This document shows positions 19,084 to 28,691 of a DNA stretch of 64,000 bases, piece after piece (the first letter of the stretch is position 1; each line of letters begins with the position of its first letter). Under the pieces are notes generated by a model. That model worked only from the letters and a program-made list of their open reading frames with translations, was not told the origin of the DNA and did not search any database. Source of the DNA: Candidatus Poribacteria bacterium (lineage in GTDB: Bacteria > Poribacteria > WGA-4E > GCA-2687025); contig OY762492.1 in NCBI GenBank assembly GCA_963665845.2, positions 3,467,895 through 3,531,894 of the forward strand, given 5' to 3'. A program made the position numbers and the translations under genes.

Positions 19084-20043
19084 TTACTTGCGGTTCTTTC
19101 TGAAATCAGGTTTTTCGTAAAATTCATACAGATGTTCAATGTCCATCCGCTTGTAAAGGTCCCTGATCGCAGCGTCACTGGTTCTTCTTCTGCTTTCACG
19201 GGTTCGTTCCACATTGCCAGTTCCTTGATAGATGATGGCAACAGTCTCGGTATTGGGGAGCATGCCCTGGGCGGAATCCCTGAGATTGCGCATCTTTTGA
19301 CGCAATGCCTCTGCCGCGTCGGAATCGCCAACGAAACGCGCCCGACGCCATTCATCTTCAAGGTTCATATACCGCTCTAACTGCTCAGGGGAGGGTCGAA
19401 AACCAGTCCGTCTGCCATAGTCAATCACGATTGCGGTATTGTCATGCCATTGTATCGGCTTCCCCCAGTTGTCAATCATGGCTCTATAGCGGCTGGAACC
19501 GTTGGGGTTAAAAGGCGGGTCAAAGCCGAAGAAGTTACGGTAAGATTCCCACGCTCTTGGGTCTGTGAAATCAGCTCCTGGCACAAACTTTTTGATCGGA
19601 TCCGATTTTTCCGCTTTCCACCAGGGAAGAGACAGCGGAGGTCCGGTCGGCTCTTCGGCGGCAGCAGCCCACGCGGTCGGATCGTGTATTGACGGCACAG
19701 GACCATACTGATGCGGGTTGATGATGTACTCGTTCCCCTGCCGCGTGATCCCAATCATCTCGCCTTTCTCGTTCGTATAGGCGACGCGCGGCTTCGTTAC
19801 GAGCGGGGGCGCATCTCCATTCGCCGCGGCTTCCGCTTCGCCTTCTGCCGTTTCGGTCGGGGAGTCCTGCGCGCCTTGCTTGGCGGTCGGCGCCTCCTGG
19901 CCGGACTGGACGACGGGCGACTGGACGGGCGTCTCATCAACGGCAATGTCGTTCTCGGCGCTGTTGCGGTATGCCAGCCAGAACGCTACCGCGATAATGA
20001 ACGCGAGACCGACCAGCGCTCCCCCGATGGCAACTTTTTTCAT
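19084..20043 (-). CDS. Hypothetical membrane-anchored protein (tandem paralog B)
   Basis: MKKVAIGGALVGLAFIIAVAFWLAYRNSAENDI... with WESYRNFFGFDPP, RTGFRPSPEQLERY and IEHLYEFYEKPDF. The 5' leader (GAAAGGATTTGCC-ATG-AAAAAAGTTGC) is nearly identical to that of paralog A. Confidence 0.6.
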   Translation of the reverse strand: MKKVAIGGALVGLAFIIAVAFWLAYRNSAENDIAVDETPVQSPVVQSGQEAPTAKQGAQDSPTETAEGEAEAAANGDAPPLVTKPRVAYTNEKGEMIGITRQGNEYIINPHQYGPVPSIHDPTAWAAAAEEPTGPPLSLPWWKAEKSDPIKKFVPGADFTDPRAWESYRNFFGFDPPFNPNGSSRYRAMIDNWGKPIQWHDNTAIVIDYGRRTGFRPSPEQLERYMNLEDEWRRARFVGDSDAAEALRQKMRNLRDSAQGMLPNTETVAIIYQGTGNVERTRESRRRTSDAAIRDLYKRMDIEHLYEFYEKPDFRKNRK

Positions 20044-20156
20044 GGCAAATCCTTTCTTTCGTCCGACGCTTTTATTATAGACCATAATTGCATCCGCTCA
20101 ACTTTAGGCGTATCATGCGTTTCGTTGAAACGCCGCGCATATCGGAAAGGCATGTT

Positions 20157-20945
20157 ATGAAATCTGGGTTCATGAGTTCCGTCTGTCCAAAGCAGACGCT
20201 CCAGCAGCTGACCGCCTCCGCCCAAAAGTACGGCTATACGGGCATTGAGTTCCGCGTCGAATGGGGGCATGGGCATGGCGTTGAGCTGGACGTTTCGCCC
20301 GCCGACCTGCAGAACGCCCGCCGTCATCTCGCCGACGCCGGCATAGACGCCTCATGCGTCGCGACGAGCGTCAAATTCAACACAAACGATCCGCTTCACC
20401 ATGAAAGCCATCAGGAAACGTTGAGGCGTTACATACCGCTTGCCGCCGAGATCGGCGCGCCATGCATCCGTACCTTTTCGGATCCGCTGCCTGAAGAGAA
20501 CGAAGCGGCGCGCAGCGAGATCTTGAAACGCGCCGCCGATTCCTACGCCGCCGTGAACGAGCTTGCCGCGGAGCATGACATCCGCGTTCTCGTGGAGACG
20601 CACACGAACATGCGCGCCCACTGGGCAATGCAGGTTCTGGAGCTGGCGCAGGCGTCCCATCTTCAAGTTCTATGGGATCCTGGGCATCATGTGCGGCGGG
20701 GTCAGTCGGTTGATGAGGCGCATGGTTATCTGCAGGGCAGCGTCGCGCATCTGCATTTTGGAACGGCCGGCCCTGGGGAAGGCTCCATGTCGGAGGAGGA
20801 GCATGCGCGCGTGGTGGAGCTGCTGAACGCGGACCGGTTTGAGGGGTATTTTTCGGTGGAGGTGATCAATCCGGACGATTCGGACGCGGTCTTGGCATAC
20901 AACAGCCGGCAGTTTGAAACGTATCTGGAGGCGGCGCGTCGATAA
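20157..20945 (+). CDS. Sugar phosphate isomerase/epimerase (xylose isomerase-like TIM barrel)
   Basis: ATG at 20157 after GGAAAGG. It matches the AP endonuclease 2/xylose-isomerase-like pattern (YGYTGIEFR, VLVETHTN, VAHLHF). Confidence 0.7.
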   Translation: MKSGFMSSVCPKQTLQQLTASAQKYGYTGIEFRVEWGHGHGVELDVSPADLQNARRHLADAGIDASCVATSVKFNTNDPLHHESHQETLRRYIPLAAEIGAPCIRTFSDPLPEENEAARSEILKRAADSYAAVNELAAEHDIRVLVETHTNMRAHWAMQVLELAQASHLQVLWDPGHHVRRGQSVDEAHGYLQGSVAHLHFGTAGPGEGSMSEEEHARVVELLNADRFEGYFSVEVINPDDSDAVLAYNSRQFETYLEAARR

Positions 20946-21023
20946 GATTCCCGCTTTGACCCAAAAGCGTTTGCGCAACCCGCTGTTCCCCGTTTTCACG
21001 AGGATATGCATTTCGGGCGCGGC

Positions 21024-21066
21024 TAAAACCCCCAGCCCTCCTTTTTTTTAAGGGGGAGTCCAGAAA
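21024..21066. repeat. C/G-rich hairpin repeat (variant) between convergent genes
   Basis: AAAACCCCCAGCCCTCCTTTTTTTTAAGGGGGAGTCCAGAAACCCGCGCCCTAC. The same module occurs at 36041-36082 and 57663-57710. Confidence 0.7.
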
Positions 21067-21101
21067 CCCGCGCCCTACACCCGCTGTCATCGTCCGCTGC
21101 A

Positions 21102-22358
21102 TCAACCCTTTCTCTGACAGACAACGATGCATTCTTCATGCATCGTCGGCGCCGTTTTCCCGGCGATGTTTGCGGGGCTGTTCGTTTTCGGCATGCGCTT
21201 GTTCGGGATATTGCGGACGATCGTCTCTCGGTGGGCGAAGCCATGGCGTTCAAACGCGGCGGCGATGAATTCGTCTGTCCGCAGATATTCGCCTTTCACC
21301 CGGCGGTTTCCGACAACATAACAGACCGTCGACACGGGCTTCAGCGCCTTGGCGACCGCGGCGGCGCTGCGTTCCAGGTCGGCGTAAAACGCGGACGCTT
21401 CTCTCCCCCGTTTCTCGTCCTGCGCGCGAATCCTCTCAACCGCCGAGGCGACCGGCGAATCGGGGTCATGCGCCGCCTCTCCGACGCGCCCGCCCATGCT
21501 CATTTTGTCGACGCGCCGCGCCTCGGCGTATCCGATCCACTCCGACGCCAGCCGCGAAAATTGCCCGTACGCGACGGTCGTCTGCGAATCGCCGTACGGC
21601 GGCGAGGTCAGCGCGAGCGCATACCCGTTCGGCGGATGCGGCATCGGCAACTCGCCATGCGCCGTATTCGCGCTTGAAACATGCGCCTCCACCCGCTTTC
21701 GCTTCTGAAGATAGGCGGACATGCCCAGCCTGTTTCGGTACAGCTTTTTGCGGAAAACGTCAAAAACATCGGGGTTGAAAGTTTCCATCTTCGGCGCGGG
21801 GATGCGATGCAGTTTGAATTCGCCCGTCCGCGTGTATGAGCATTCTCGTACCGTTTCGGAAAAGGCGACCCAGAAAAAATCGCGGATCGAGTCATCCTCC
21901 TCGGCGCCGATTTCAGCCCGAAGAAACGCAAGCCTTTCGATCACATCGTCCGAGAACCAGTACTCAAGATTGAGTATGTCAGGGACGGGGCGTTCTGGGA
22001 CGTCTCCCGAAAAGCCGACCTTCAGCAGCCTTCCGCTCAAGCGGTCTAGACGCAAATCCAAGAGGGCGGGCGGAATCGGCGTCGTCTTGACGCGCGCGAT
22101 GAGCCGCGCCAGCGGGTTGATGTCGCACCCGACGCTATGCATTCCGAACAGCGACGCCTCCGCCAGCGATGTTCCTGTCCCGCAGTACGGATCCAGCAGC
22201 CATTCGCCCTCAACGCCGTACCGTTTCAGAAGCTCCCGCGCGATCTGCGGGATCATTCGGGCGGGGTAGTTGTGGAAGCAGTGCGTGTACTCTTTTGTGT
22301 TCGCCCCGCGGAAATCCCAGTCCGCCTCATGCGTCTTATTGATGGGCGTCCCTTTCAT
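21102..22358 (-). CDS. Site-specific DNA methyltransferase (N4-C/N6-A amino-MTase, motif I before SPPY)
   Basis: CFHNYPARMIPQIA, AdoMet motif I LLDPYCGTGTSLAEA and catalytic motif IV LTSPPYGD about 190 aa downstream. ATGA overlap with the upstream PhyH gene. I detect no adjacent restriction endonuclease. Confidence 0.75.
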   Translation of the reverse strand: MKGTPINKTHEADWDFRGANTKEYTHCFHNYPARMIPQIARELLKRYGVEGEWLLDPYCGTGTSLAEASLFGMHSVGCDINPLARLIARVKTTPIPPALLDLRLDRLSGRLLKVGFSGDVPERPVPDILNLEYWFSDDVIERLAFLRAEIGAEEDDSIRDFFWVAFSETVRECSYTRTGEFKLHRIPAPKMETFNPDVFDVFRKKLYRNRLGMSAYLQKRKRVEAHVSSANTAHGELPMPHPPNGYALALTSPPYGDSQTTVAYGQFSRLASEWIGYAEARRVDKMSMGGRVGEAAHDPDSPVASAVERIRAQDEKRGREASAFYADLERSAAAVAKALKPVSTVCYVVGNRRVKGEYLRTDEFIAAAFERHGFAHRETIVRNIPNKRMPKTNSPANIAGKTAPTMHEECIVVCQRKG

Positions 22359-23179
22359 TCACCCCAGAGGTCCAAACCCAGCAGTTTCCGTCCGAGCGGC
22401 GAGAGCGGCGCCGGTCCGTAATTCTCCGCTTCCCATCCGCGCGCGTCGCCGCGGAAGGAGCCGTGTCCAGAAGCGCGCCGTTCGCGCCACAACGCGACGC
22501 GCCCATCCCGCGCCGCCTCGCTCGGAGACTGCGGCGCCGGACTCTGGTTGATGTACTGCGCGATGCGCGGCTTGTCGGAGGTGTTGCGCCCGTTGCCGTG
22601 CGGCAAGGCGCGGTGCCAGATCAGCAGGTCGCCCTGATTTGCCGGTATTTGGTGAAACAGCCCTGGCTCCAGCTTCGGCGCAAACGGGTCTTTCTCCCGG
22701 ATCAGCGTCTTATGCGCCCCCGGCATGCAGACGAACGAGCCTTGATCGGAGGCGGTGTCGCGCAGAAACAGAACGCCCTGCGTCCCAAACCCCAGCGGCA
22801 GCTTCGTCACATCTGCGTCCCAGTGGTACATTCCCTTATGATCCCACTGCGGATGGTCGGGATGGCGCGGCGGTTTGAAATTGACGCGGTCAAGCGACGT
22901 CCACAGCTTCTCCGTTCCCCAAAGCTCCGAGAACGCCTGATGAATGCGCGGACTTTGCCGCGTCTGCCACATGGCGGGATGCTGATACATCTCCACCATG
23001 CCGGCGCCGGGGCGGTGCGGCGCTTTATACCAGTCGTTCGGATCGCTCGGGTCGAAGCCCAAGAAGCTGAAGACGGCGTCCACAACCGCTTCGCAATGCT
23101 TCTTCGGCGCCGCTTCGCGCACAATCACATACCCGTTTTCGTTAAAAAAGTCTCGGTCTTTTTGCGTCAAAACGCCCAT
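22355..23179 (-). CDS. Phytanoyl-CoA dioxygenase (PhyH) family Fe(II)/2OG oxygenase
   Basis: MGVLTQKDRDFFNENGYVIV..., HWDAD (HxD) and a distal H in LLIWHRALPHGNG. Start chosen at the ATG preceded by AAAGGAG. Confidence 0.75.
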   Translation of the reverse strand: MGVLTQKDRDFFNENGYVIVREAAPKKHCEAVVDAVFSFLGFDPSDPNDWYKAPHRPGAGMVEMYQHPAMWQTRQSPRIHQAFSELWGTEKLWTSLDRVNFKPPRHPDHPQWDHKGMYHWDADVTKLPLGFGTQGVLFLRDTASDQGSFVCMPGAHKTLIREKDPFAPKLEPGLFHQIPANQGDLLIWHRALPHGNGRNTSDKPRIAQYINQSPAPQSPSEAARDGRVALWRERRASGHGSFRGDARGWEAENYGPAPLSPLGRKLLGLDLWGE

Positions 23180-23210
23180 TTTCAACGCTCCTTTCATGGA
23201 GAATTGCGCC

Positions 23211-24185
23211 TTACCGGTCGCGGACAGCCAGCCCGCGCGCCAGATTTATCAGCGCTTCCTTGGCGCCGCTTTCGGGCAGCGCCTTCAAATGATCAATCGC
23301 CTGCTCCGTATAATCGGCAGCGGTCTTCAAAGCGTATTTTAACCCGCCCAACGCCTCGGCGCGCTGAACGATCCACTCCGTCTCTTCGGGCGAACGCTCA
23401 TCCGCCAGCATCAGTTCGCGCAGGCGGGCGCGTTCTTCGGGGCTGCAGTTGTCCCGAAAAAACATCGCCGGGAGCGTCATTTTGCCTTCGCGCAGGTCGT
23501 TGCGCGTCGGCTTGCCGAAAACGCTCTCCTCGCCGATCATGTCTAAGACATCGTCCATCACTTGAAACGCGATGCCGACCGCATGTCCGTAGGACGCCAG
23601 CGCCTCAACCGCGTCGGAACCCGCCGAGCCTTGCAGCGCGCCGATGCGGCATGAGCAGGACATCAACCGCGCCGTCTTCAGCTCTATCACCTTAAAGTAG
23701 TCGTCCAGCTCCAGTTCAAAGTCGCGCGCTTGGTAGGCGTGAATCACTTCGCCTTCGCACATGGACTGCGTCGCTTCGGCGACCGCCTCGTACACCTCTT
23801 CGTTCGCCTTGCATGCGACGAGTACGGCTAAAACGCGCGCATGCATATAGTCGCCGACCAGCACCGCCACCTTGTTGCCGAATTTGGCGTTCAGCGTTTC
23901 CTGTCCGCGGCGCATAGGCGATTCGTCGATCACATCGTCATGGGCGAGCGAGGCGATATGGATCAGCTCCATCGCGGCGGCGAGGTCGTACATGGCGCCG
24001 CCTGACGCGCCGGCGGCGCGCGCCGAAAGGAGCGTCAGTATCGGCCGCAGACGTTTTCCGCCGCCCTTGATGACATGTTGCGCCGCTTGATCGACAAACT
24101 CATAGACGTTCGCCGCCCGCTCCAAGAGGCGCCGCTCCACAATCTCAAGGTCGCTTTGGACGAATGCGTTCACCTTTTCAATCGA
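23211..24185 (-). CDS. Polyprenyl diphosphate synthase (IspB/HepT-like, trans-IPPS)
   Basis: Two Asp-rich motifs ([10 protein letters not shown] and FQVMDDVLD). Start taken at [15 protein letters not shown], which overlaps the hemL stop by 8 nt. The longer Arg/Lys-rich N-terminus in the track ORF is unlikely to be real. Confidence 0.85.
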   Translation of the reverse strand, partial: SIEKVNAFVQSDLEIVERRLLERAANVYEFVDQAAQHVIKGGGKRLRPILTLLSARAAGASGGAMYDLAAAMELIHIASLAHDDVIDESPMRRGQETLNAKFGNKVAVLVGDYMHARVLAVLVACKANEEVYEAVAEATQSMCEGEVIHAYQARDFELELDDYFKVIELKTARLMSCSCRIGALQGSAGSDAVEALASYGHAVGIAFQVMDDVLDMIGEESVFGKPTRNDLREGKMTLPAMFFRDNCSPEERARLRELMLADERSPEETEWIVQRAEALGGLKYALKTAADYTEQAIDHLKALPESGAKEALINLARGLAVRDR

Positions 24186-25494
24186 CATGCGCGCCGCCCG
24201 CTTCAACCTCTTCAACCGCTTCTTTGAACGCTTTCTCGGTCGCTTCGATTTCCGCCGCCGTATGCGCTGTTGAAACAAAAAACGCCTCAAACTGCGCGGG
24301 AGGCAGGTAGACGCCGCGGTTCAACATGGCGCGGTGAAAGCGTCCAAACTTCTCCGTGTCGCACGCGAGCGCGCCGTCATAATCGGTTACAGGTCCTTCG
24401 CCAAAAAAGACGCACAGCATGGAGCCGACGCGCGCCGTGTAAAACGGACCCGCCGCCTCTGAAAGCGCGCGTCGAATGGCCGCCTCTAATTGCGCGCCGA
24501 GCGTTTCAAGCCGTTCATAGACGCCCGGTTTTTTCAACTCGGTCAACGCGGCAATGCCCGCCGCCGCCGCCAGCGGATTTCCGGACAGCGTCCCCGCCTG
24601 ATAGACCGGACCGGTCGGCGCGACGACCGCCATGATGTCGGCGCGCCCGCCGTATGCCCCAACAGGCAAACCGCCGCCGACAATCTTGCCGAGACAGGTC
24701 ATGTCGGGGGAGACGCCGTAACGCTCCTGCGCGCCGCCGTAAGCGAGGCGAAAGCCGGTCATCACCTCGTCAAAGATGAGCAGCGCGCCATGTTTCGTTG
24801 TCAATTCGCGCAGCGCCTCTAGATACCCTTCCGCCGGCGGAACCAGCCCCATATTGCCGGCGGCAGGCTCCAAGATGACGCAGGCGACTTCGTCCGGATG
24901 TTCCGACATGGCGCGGTCGACCGCATCGGCGTCGTTGAACGGAACGATGAGCGTATGTTTGGCAAAATCGGCGGGGACGCCCGCGCTGGTCGGCGTTCCA
25001 AAGGTGGTCGCGCCGGAGCCTGCTTTCACCAACAGATAGTCGGCATGTCCATGGTAGCAGCCGGCGGCTTTGACAATCATATCGCGCCCGGTGAAGCCGC
25101 GCGCCGCGCGTATCGCGCTCATCGTCGCCTCGGTGCCTGAATTGACGAGGCGTACGCGGTCCATGGACGGGTACGCTTCGAGGATCATCGCCGCCAGCCG
25201 CGTTTCGTATTCGCCGCAGGTTCCAAAGCTGGTTCCGCGCTTCAACGCTTCGCCGACCGCCGCTTCAATGGACGGATGCGCGTGTCCTAAAATGAGGGGA
25301 CCCCATGAGGCAACATAGTCGATATATCGGTTTCCGTCGGCGTCCATGAGATGCGGCCCGGCGCCGCGCTCCATAAAGACCGGGTCGCCTTGGACGGCTT
25401 GAAAGGCGCGGACGGGGCTGTTGACGCCGCCTGGCATCGTTTGCTGCGCCTCCGCCCACAACTCCGCCGACCGACTCCGTTTGCGATTCGGCAT
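24178..25494 (-). CDS. hemL: Glutamate-1-semialdehyde 2,1-aminomutase
   Basis: 438 aa. [24 protein letters not shown] and FDEVMTGFR are characteristic of HemL. Confidence 0.95.
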   Translation of the reverse strand: MPNRKRSRSAELWAEAQQTMPGGVNSPVRAFQAVQGDPVFMERGAGPHLMDADGNRYIDYVASWGPLILGHAHPSIEAAVGEALKRGTSFGTCGEYETRLAAMILEAYPSMDRVRLVNSGTEATMSAIRAARGFTGRDMIVKAAGCYHGHADYLLVKAGSGATTFGTPTSAGVPADFAKHTLIVPFNDADAVDRAMSEHPDEVACVILEPAAGNMGLVPPAEGYLEALRELTTKHGALLIFDEVMTGFRLAYGGAQERYGVSPDMTCLGKIVGGGLPVGAYGGRADIMAVVAPTGPVYQAGTLSGNPLAAAAGIAALTELKKPGVYERLETLGAQLEAAIRRALSEAAGPFYTARVGSMLCVFFGEGPVTDYDGALACDTEKFGRFHRAMLNRGVYLPPAQFEAFFVSTAHTAAEIEATEKAFKEAVEEVEAGGAHVD

Positions 25495-25669
25495 CGCTCC
25501 AACGCTCCTGCCCTACAACTGCGATCGCTAATAAGCATACCATACCAGATTGCGCTCTGAATAGAAAGCGCAACTCTTCGACGGCGGTACGCTGATGCGG
25601 TAAAACGCGCGGGAATCCAGAGGCGCCGTAGAAACCATCCGCGTTCACCTGATGTCAAGAAAACGCGGT

Positions 25670-25697
25670 TTGACAACCCCCCAGCATCGTGTATAAT
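25670..25697 (+). promoter_or_regulatory. Near-consensus sigma70-type promoter upstream of the TPR-PIN-PIN islet
   Basis: TTGACA (25670-25675), a 16-nt spacer ending in TG, then TATAAT (25692-25697). It lies about 50 nt upstream of GGAG plus the ATG at 25747. Confidence 0.5.
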
Positions 25698-25746
25698 AAT
25701 CTGACAGCGCGGCATAGCGCCGCATCGGTTGCGATTGGAGCGAAGC

Positions 25747-27753
25747 ATGGCTGAACGAAGCGAAATTCAGAGCGATCGATTTTTAGCGCATCTTACATCG
25801 CAGAGCATTGTTGCGGACAGTGAATCCATCTTTCAGGGCGGTTTTCAACAACCGCAAATCATGGCGTTTTCAGTAGAATCTAACAGTCCCCTATTCACCT
25901 CGCTCAATGAGGCTGTTGATCAAACACGGACTTCCTCTGATCAATCGAAAGGCTCCGGCGGCGCCGTTGAAGCGCAGCCTAAAGATCGGTCGGCTGCTCT
26001 GAACGAAATTGCAGATCCGAAACTTCGCGGAGCTCTGAATAGAGCGTTGAAATCGCAAGACGAAGCGGACGAAAAAGGCGTCAATAAAAAAACGCGCTAC
26101 AGATTGCTGATGCAAGCAGTCGGGAACTACAGTGACGCTTTGGATTTGATGGCGCGACAGAACGAAGGCGAAAAAGACGTTGCGTTGGAATCGGCTATTC
26201 ATAATGGCATTGGCGTCGCTTACGGGATTATTGGCCGTTCAGATGACGCAATTGACAGATTTGGCAAAGCCATCAAGATTGATCCCGACAATGCGATTGC
26301 CCACTACAATTATGGCGTCGTTTGCATACAGAGCGGGAAGATTGACGCGGACGCATATCATAGCCTGGGCGTCGGTTCCATGTTACGCGGCAACGCCGAC
26401 GAAGGCGTAAAAAATCTCAAAAAAGCGATTGATCTAGGCTCTAAGAACTCTGACACATTTTTGTATTTGGCTACCTATTATACACAAATTGGCGATCTTG
26501 ATCAAACTATAGCCTATCTTAAAAAAGCCGTTAATATTAGTCCAAAAGATGCAAAATTATATCACAGGTTAGGCATTGCGTATGGAGAATCGAAAAATCC
26601 GAACAAAGCAATTGAAAATTTTGAAATAGCCGTCAAAATTAATCCAAATGATGCGGGAATTTACTATAGTCTGGGTGTTGCTTACAGTCTGGTAGGCAAT
26701 CGCAAGAAAGCGATTGAATATGGACATATGTCTATTGATCTCAATCCTGATTTTGCTGACGCTCTCTTTAACCTAGGGAATGAATACATAAGGGAAAGAG
26801 AATTCGATACCGCAATAAAATATCTCAAAAGGGCTATTGAAAAAGGTCCTCGCCGCATAGACGCTTATATGAACCTGAGCTATGCGTATGAGAAAAGCAA
26901 CAGATCTGAGGATGCAATTGAATGTTGCCTTAAGGCGCTTGCGATCAACCCCGAAAACATCGTTGCGCATCATAACCTAGGTATTGCGTATGCGAGAGCC
27001 GACAACCTTGAAGCCGCCCTTGAAAGCAGTCTTCAAGCGATCCGAATGAAACCCGACTTCGCCGCCGCATATATGGGGCGCAGTTTCATCTATCTTATAA
27101 AAAGAGAACAGGACGAGGCAGCAGGTCAGCAGGACGAGGCAGCAGATCAGATGAATGAGGCAGCGGAAGACTTCGCTGTCGCGCTGTCGCTCAATCCAGA
27201 GCGGTATCAGGAGTATGCCGACATATTTGCTGATGTTCTGCGGAAGATCGAAGAAGATGAAGCGCCCTGGAACGAGCTGCGCGCCGCGCTCATCCAGGCG
27301 CAGTCGGACGCGGAGCATGAACAGCCGGAGGGATGGACGACTCTCCTCAATAGCGCGTTGGAGGCGGTCGACAAGCTCGCCCCGCTGCGAAAAGACATAC
27401 GCCGCCTCAACCGCGCGGCGAAATATTTGGCGGTAGAAGAATGCCGCGATGTCCGGACAGAGCTTGGATATGTCCTGAACGAGGCGCTGGATCGATTAGG
27501 CTCTCTAGCGGCGTTTCAGCGCGAGACGGCGCGGCATGCGCTTTCGATGGAAGCGTCGGGAGAAGAAAAAGATGGCTTTGCGGCGGCGCTGCTCCGGCTC
27601 AATCGGTCGCTGGACGCCATAAAGATTGAGGAGGTCAACGATGATTTTCTGAAAATTCGGGCAGATAATTCGATGCAAACCCTCCGCTATCTGCAGACCC
27701 GTATCAAAACGGGCGGGCGAAAGTTCACATGGGAAGAAGCGAATGAGCGTTGA
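25747..27753 (+). CDS. Large TPR-repeat protein with a non-TPR helical C-terminal region
   Basis: About 10 canonical TPR units (AIAHYNYGVV..., AKLYHRLGIAYGESKNPNKAIENFEIAVKINPNDAGIYYSLGVAY..., ADALFNLGNEY...). ATG at 25747 after GGAG. Its G+C is markedly lower than that of the flanking genes. Confidence 0.8.
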   Translation: MAERSEIQSDRFLAHLTSQSIVADSESIFQGGFQQPQIMAFSVESNSPLFTSLNEAVDQTRTSSDQSKGSGGAVEAQPKDRSAALNEIADPKLRGALNRALKSQDEADEKGVNKKTRYRLLMQAVGNYSDALDLMARQNEGEKDVALESAIHNGIGVAYGIIGRSDDAIDRFGKAIKIDPDNAIAHYNYGVVCIQSGKIDADAYHSLGVGSMLRGNADEGVKNLKKAIDLGSKNSDTFLYLATYYTQIGDLDQTIAYLKKAVNISPKDAKLYHRLGIAYGESKNPNKAIENFEIAVKINPNDAGIYYSLGVAYSLVGNRKKAIEYGHMSIDLNPDFADALFNLGNEYIREREFDTAIKYLKRAIEKGPRRIDAYMNLSYAYEKSNRSEDAIECCLKALAINPENIVAHHNLGIAYARADNLEAALESSLQAIRMKPDFAAAYMGRSFIYLIKREQDEAAGQQDEAADQMNEAAEDFAVALSLNPERYQEYADIFADVLRKIEEDEAPWNELRAALIQAQSDAEHEQPEGWTTLLNSALEAVDKLAPLRKDIRRLNRAAKYLAVEECRDVRTELGYVLNEALDRLGSLAAFQRETARHALSMEASGEEKDGFAAALLRLNRSLDAIKIEEVNDDFLKIRADNSMQTLRYLQTRIKTGGRKFTWEEANER

Positions 27754-28207
27754 TGCGTTTATCGATACAAACGTCGTACTATACAAGTATGACCATAAGG
27801 ATGCGTCTAAACAAAGAAAGGCGGACCGTCTCATCAAAAGCGCGGTCGAAAATAAAGACGCGTGCATCAACTATCAGGTCGTTCAGGAGACGCTGGCTGT
27901 TCTGTCGGGCGGAAAATTCAGAGCGCCTCTTAGAGAGCTGGAAGCGGAGCTGCGGGATACGTTGTTGCCGCTCTGGACGGCAAACCCTGCGCAAAATGCG
28001 ACGCCGACCCCAGACCTCTACCGCCGCGCCGCCGCTGTCATGGACAAGAGCGGCTACAGCTTTTATGACAGCGTTGTCATCGCCGGCGCTCTTGAAGCAG
28101 GCTGCAAAACGCTTTACACCGAAGATATGGAGGACGGACATCAACTCGAATCTGTAACGATTGTCAACCCGTTCAAAGAAGAGGAGAACGCGCATTCCAA
28201 ATCCTGA
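27743..28207 (+). CDS. PIN-domain ribonuclease (VapC-like), acidic residues intact
   Basis: MSVDAFIDTNVV (Asp1), VVQETL (Glu), SFYDSVVIAGA (Asp3) and LYTEDMED (Asp4). The start overlaps the TPR gene end by 11 nt. Confidence 0.75.
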   Translation: MSVDAFIDTNVVLYKYDHKDASKQRKADRLIKSAVENKDACINYQVVQETLAVLSGGKFRAPLRELEAELRDTLLPLWTANPAQNATPTPDLYRRAAAVMDKSGYSFYDSVVIAGALEAGCKTLYTEDMEDGHQLESVTIVNPFKEEENAHSKS

Positions 28208-28271
28208 GAATGAAAAGAGCGCTAATCAAGGAGAACCGCCGCCCAAAGACGCGCCGATAAAGATCGAGTAC

Positions 28272-28691
28272 ATGATCGGCCCCGATGTCGTCGCAGCCGC
28301 CTTTGACGATACGAACGGCAGGAGGCGTGGAATAGCGGAACAAATCATACAACGGGCGCTCAGCAACCAAAGCGGATGCGTCAGTTTCCAAGTCGTTCAA
28401 GAAACCCTCAACTGGCTTGACAAGAAACAAACGTTGCATCCAAGAGATCGCAACACTTATATGGAGACCGAGCTGATTCCCCTTTGGACGCAAAATCCTG
28501 TTTGGCAGAACCAGCCGACGCTGGACACATATCTGCGCGCTTTACAGATCCAAGACGCATACCAGCTGCATTTCTACGCTGGACTTCTTGTGAGCGGCGT
28601 CATCGATGCAGGATGCCAAACGCTTTACTCGGGGATGTACGATTCTCGGCAGAAAATCGAGGGAGTGGACATCGTCAACCCGTTCAACTAA
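28272..28691 (+). CDS. Degenerate PIN-domain paralog (predicted catalytically inactive); start uncertain (TTG 28161 to ATG 28272)
   Basis: It aligns with the upstream PIN (FDDTNG, VVQETL, LIPLWTQNP, IDAGCQTLY, VDIVNPF). The third Asp is replaced (HFYAGLL versus SFYDSVV), TEDM is replaced by SGMY, and there is a deletion after DTN. Confidence 0.6.
   Translation: MIGPDVVAAAFDDTNGRRRGIAEQIIQRALSNQSGCVSFQVVQETLNWLDKKQTLHPRDRNTYMETELIPLWTQNPVWQNQPTLDTYLRALQIQDAYQLHFYAGLLVSGVIDAGCQTLYSGMYDSRQKIEGVDIVNPFN

Noticed and set aside
22463-23695. A 410-aa plus-strand ORF spanning the PhyH and polyprenyl synthase region.
   Set aside because: It is antisense to two well-supported genes. Its composition is Arg/Pro/Ala-rich and low in complexity, typical of shadow ORFs in high-GC DNA, and it has no motifs.
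28210-28260. A 16-codon ORF (MKRALIKENRRPKTRR) between the two PIN genes, considered as a possible mini-antitoxin.
   Set aside because: It is too short, has no RBS, and overlaps the possible N-terminal extension of the second PIN ORF. I cannot support it from sequence alone.
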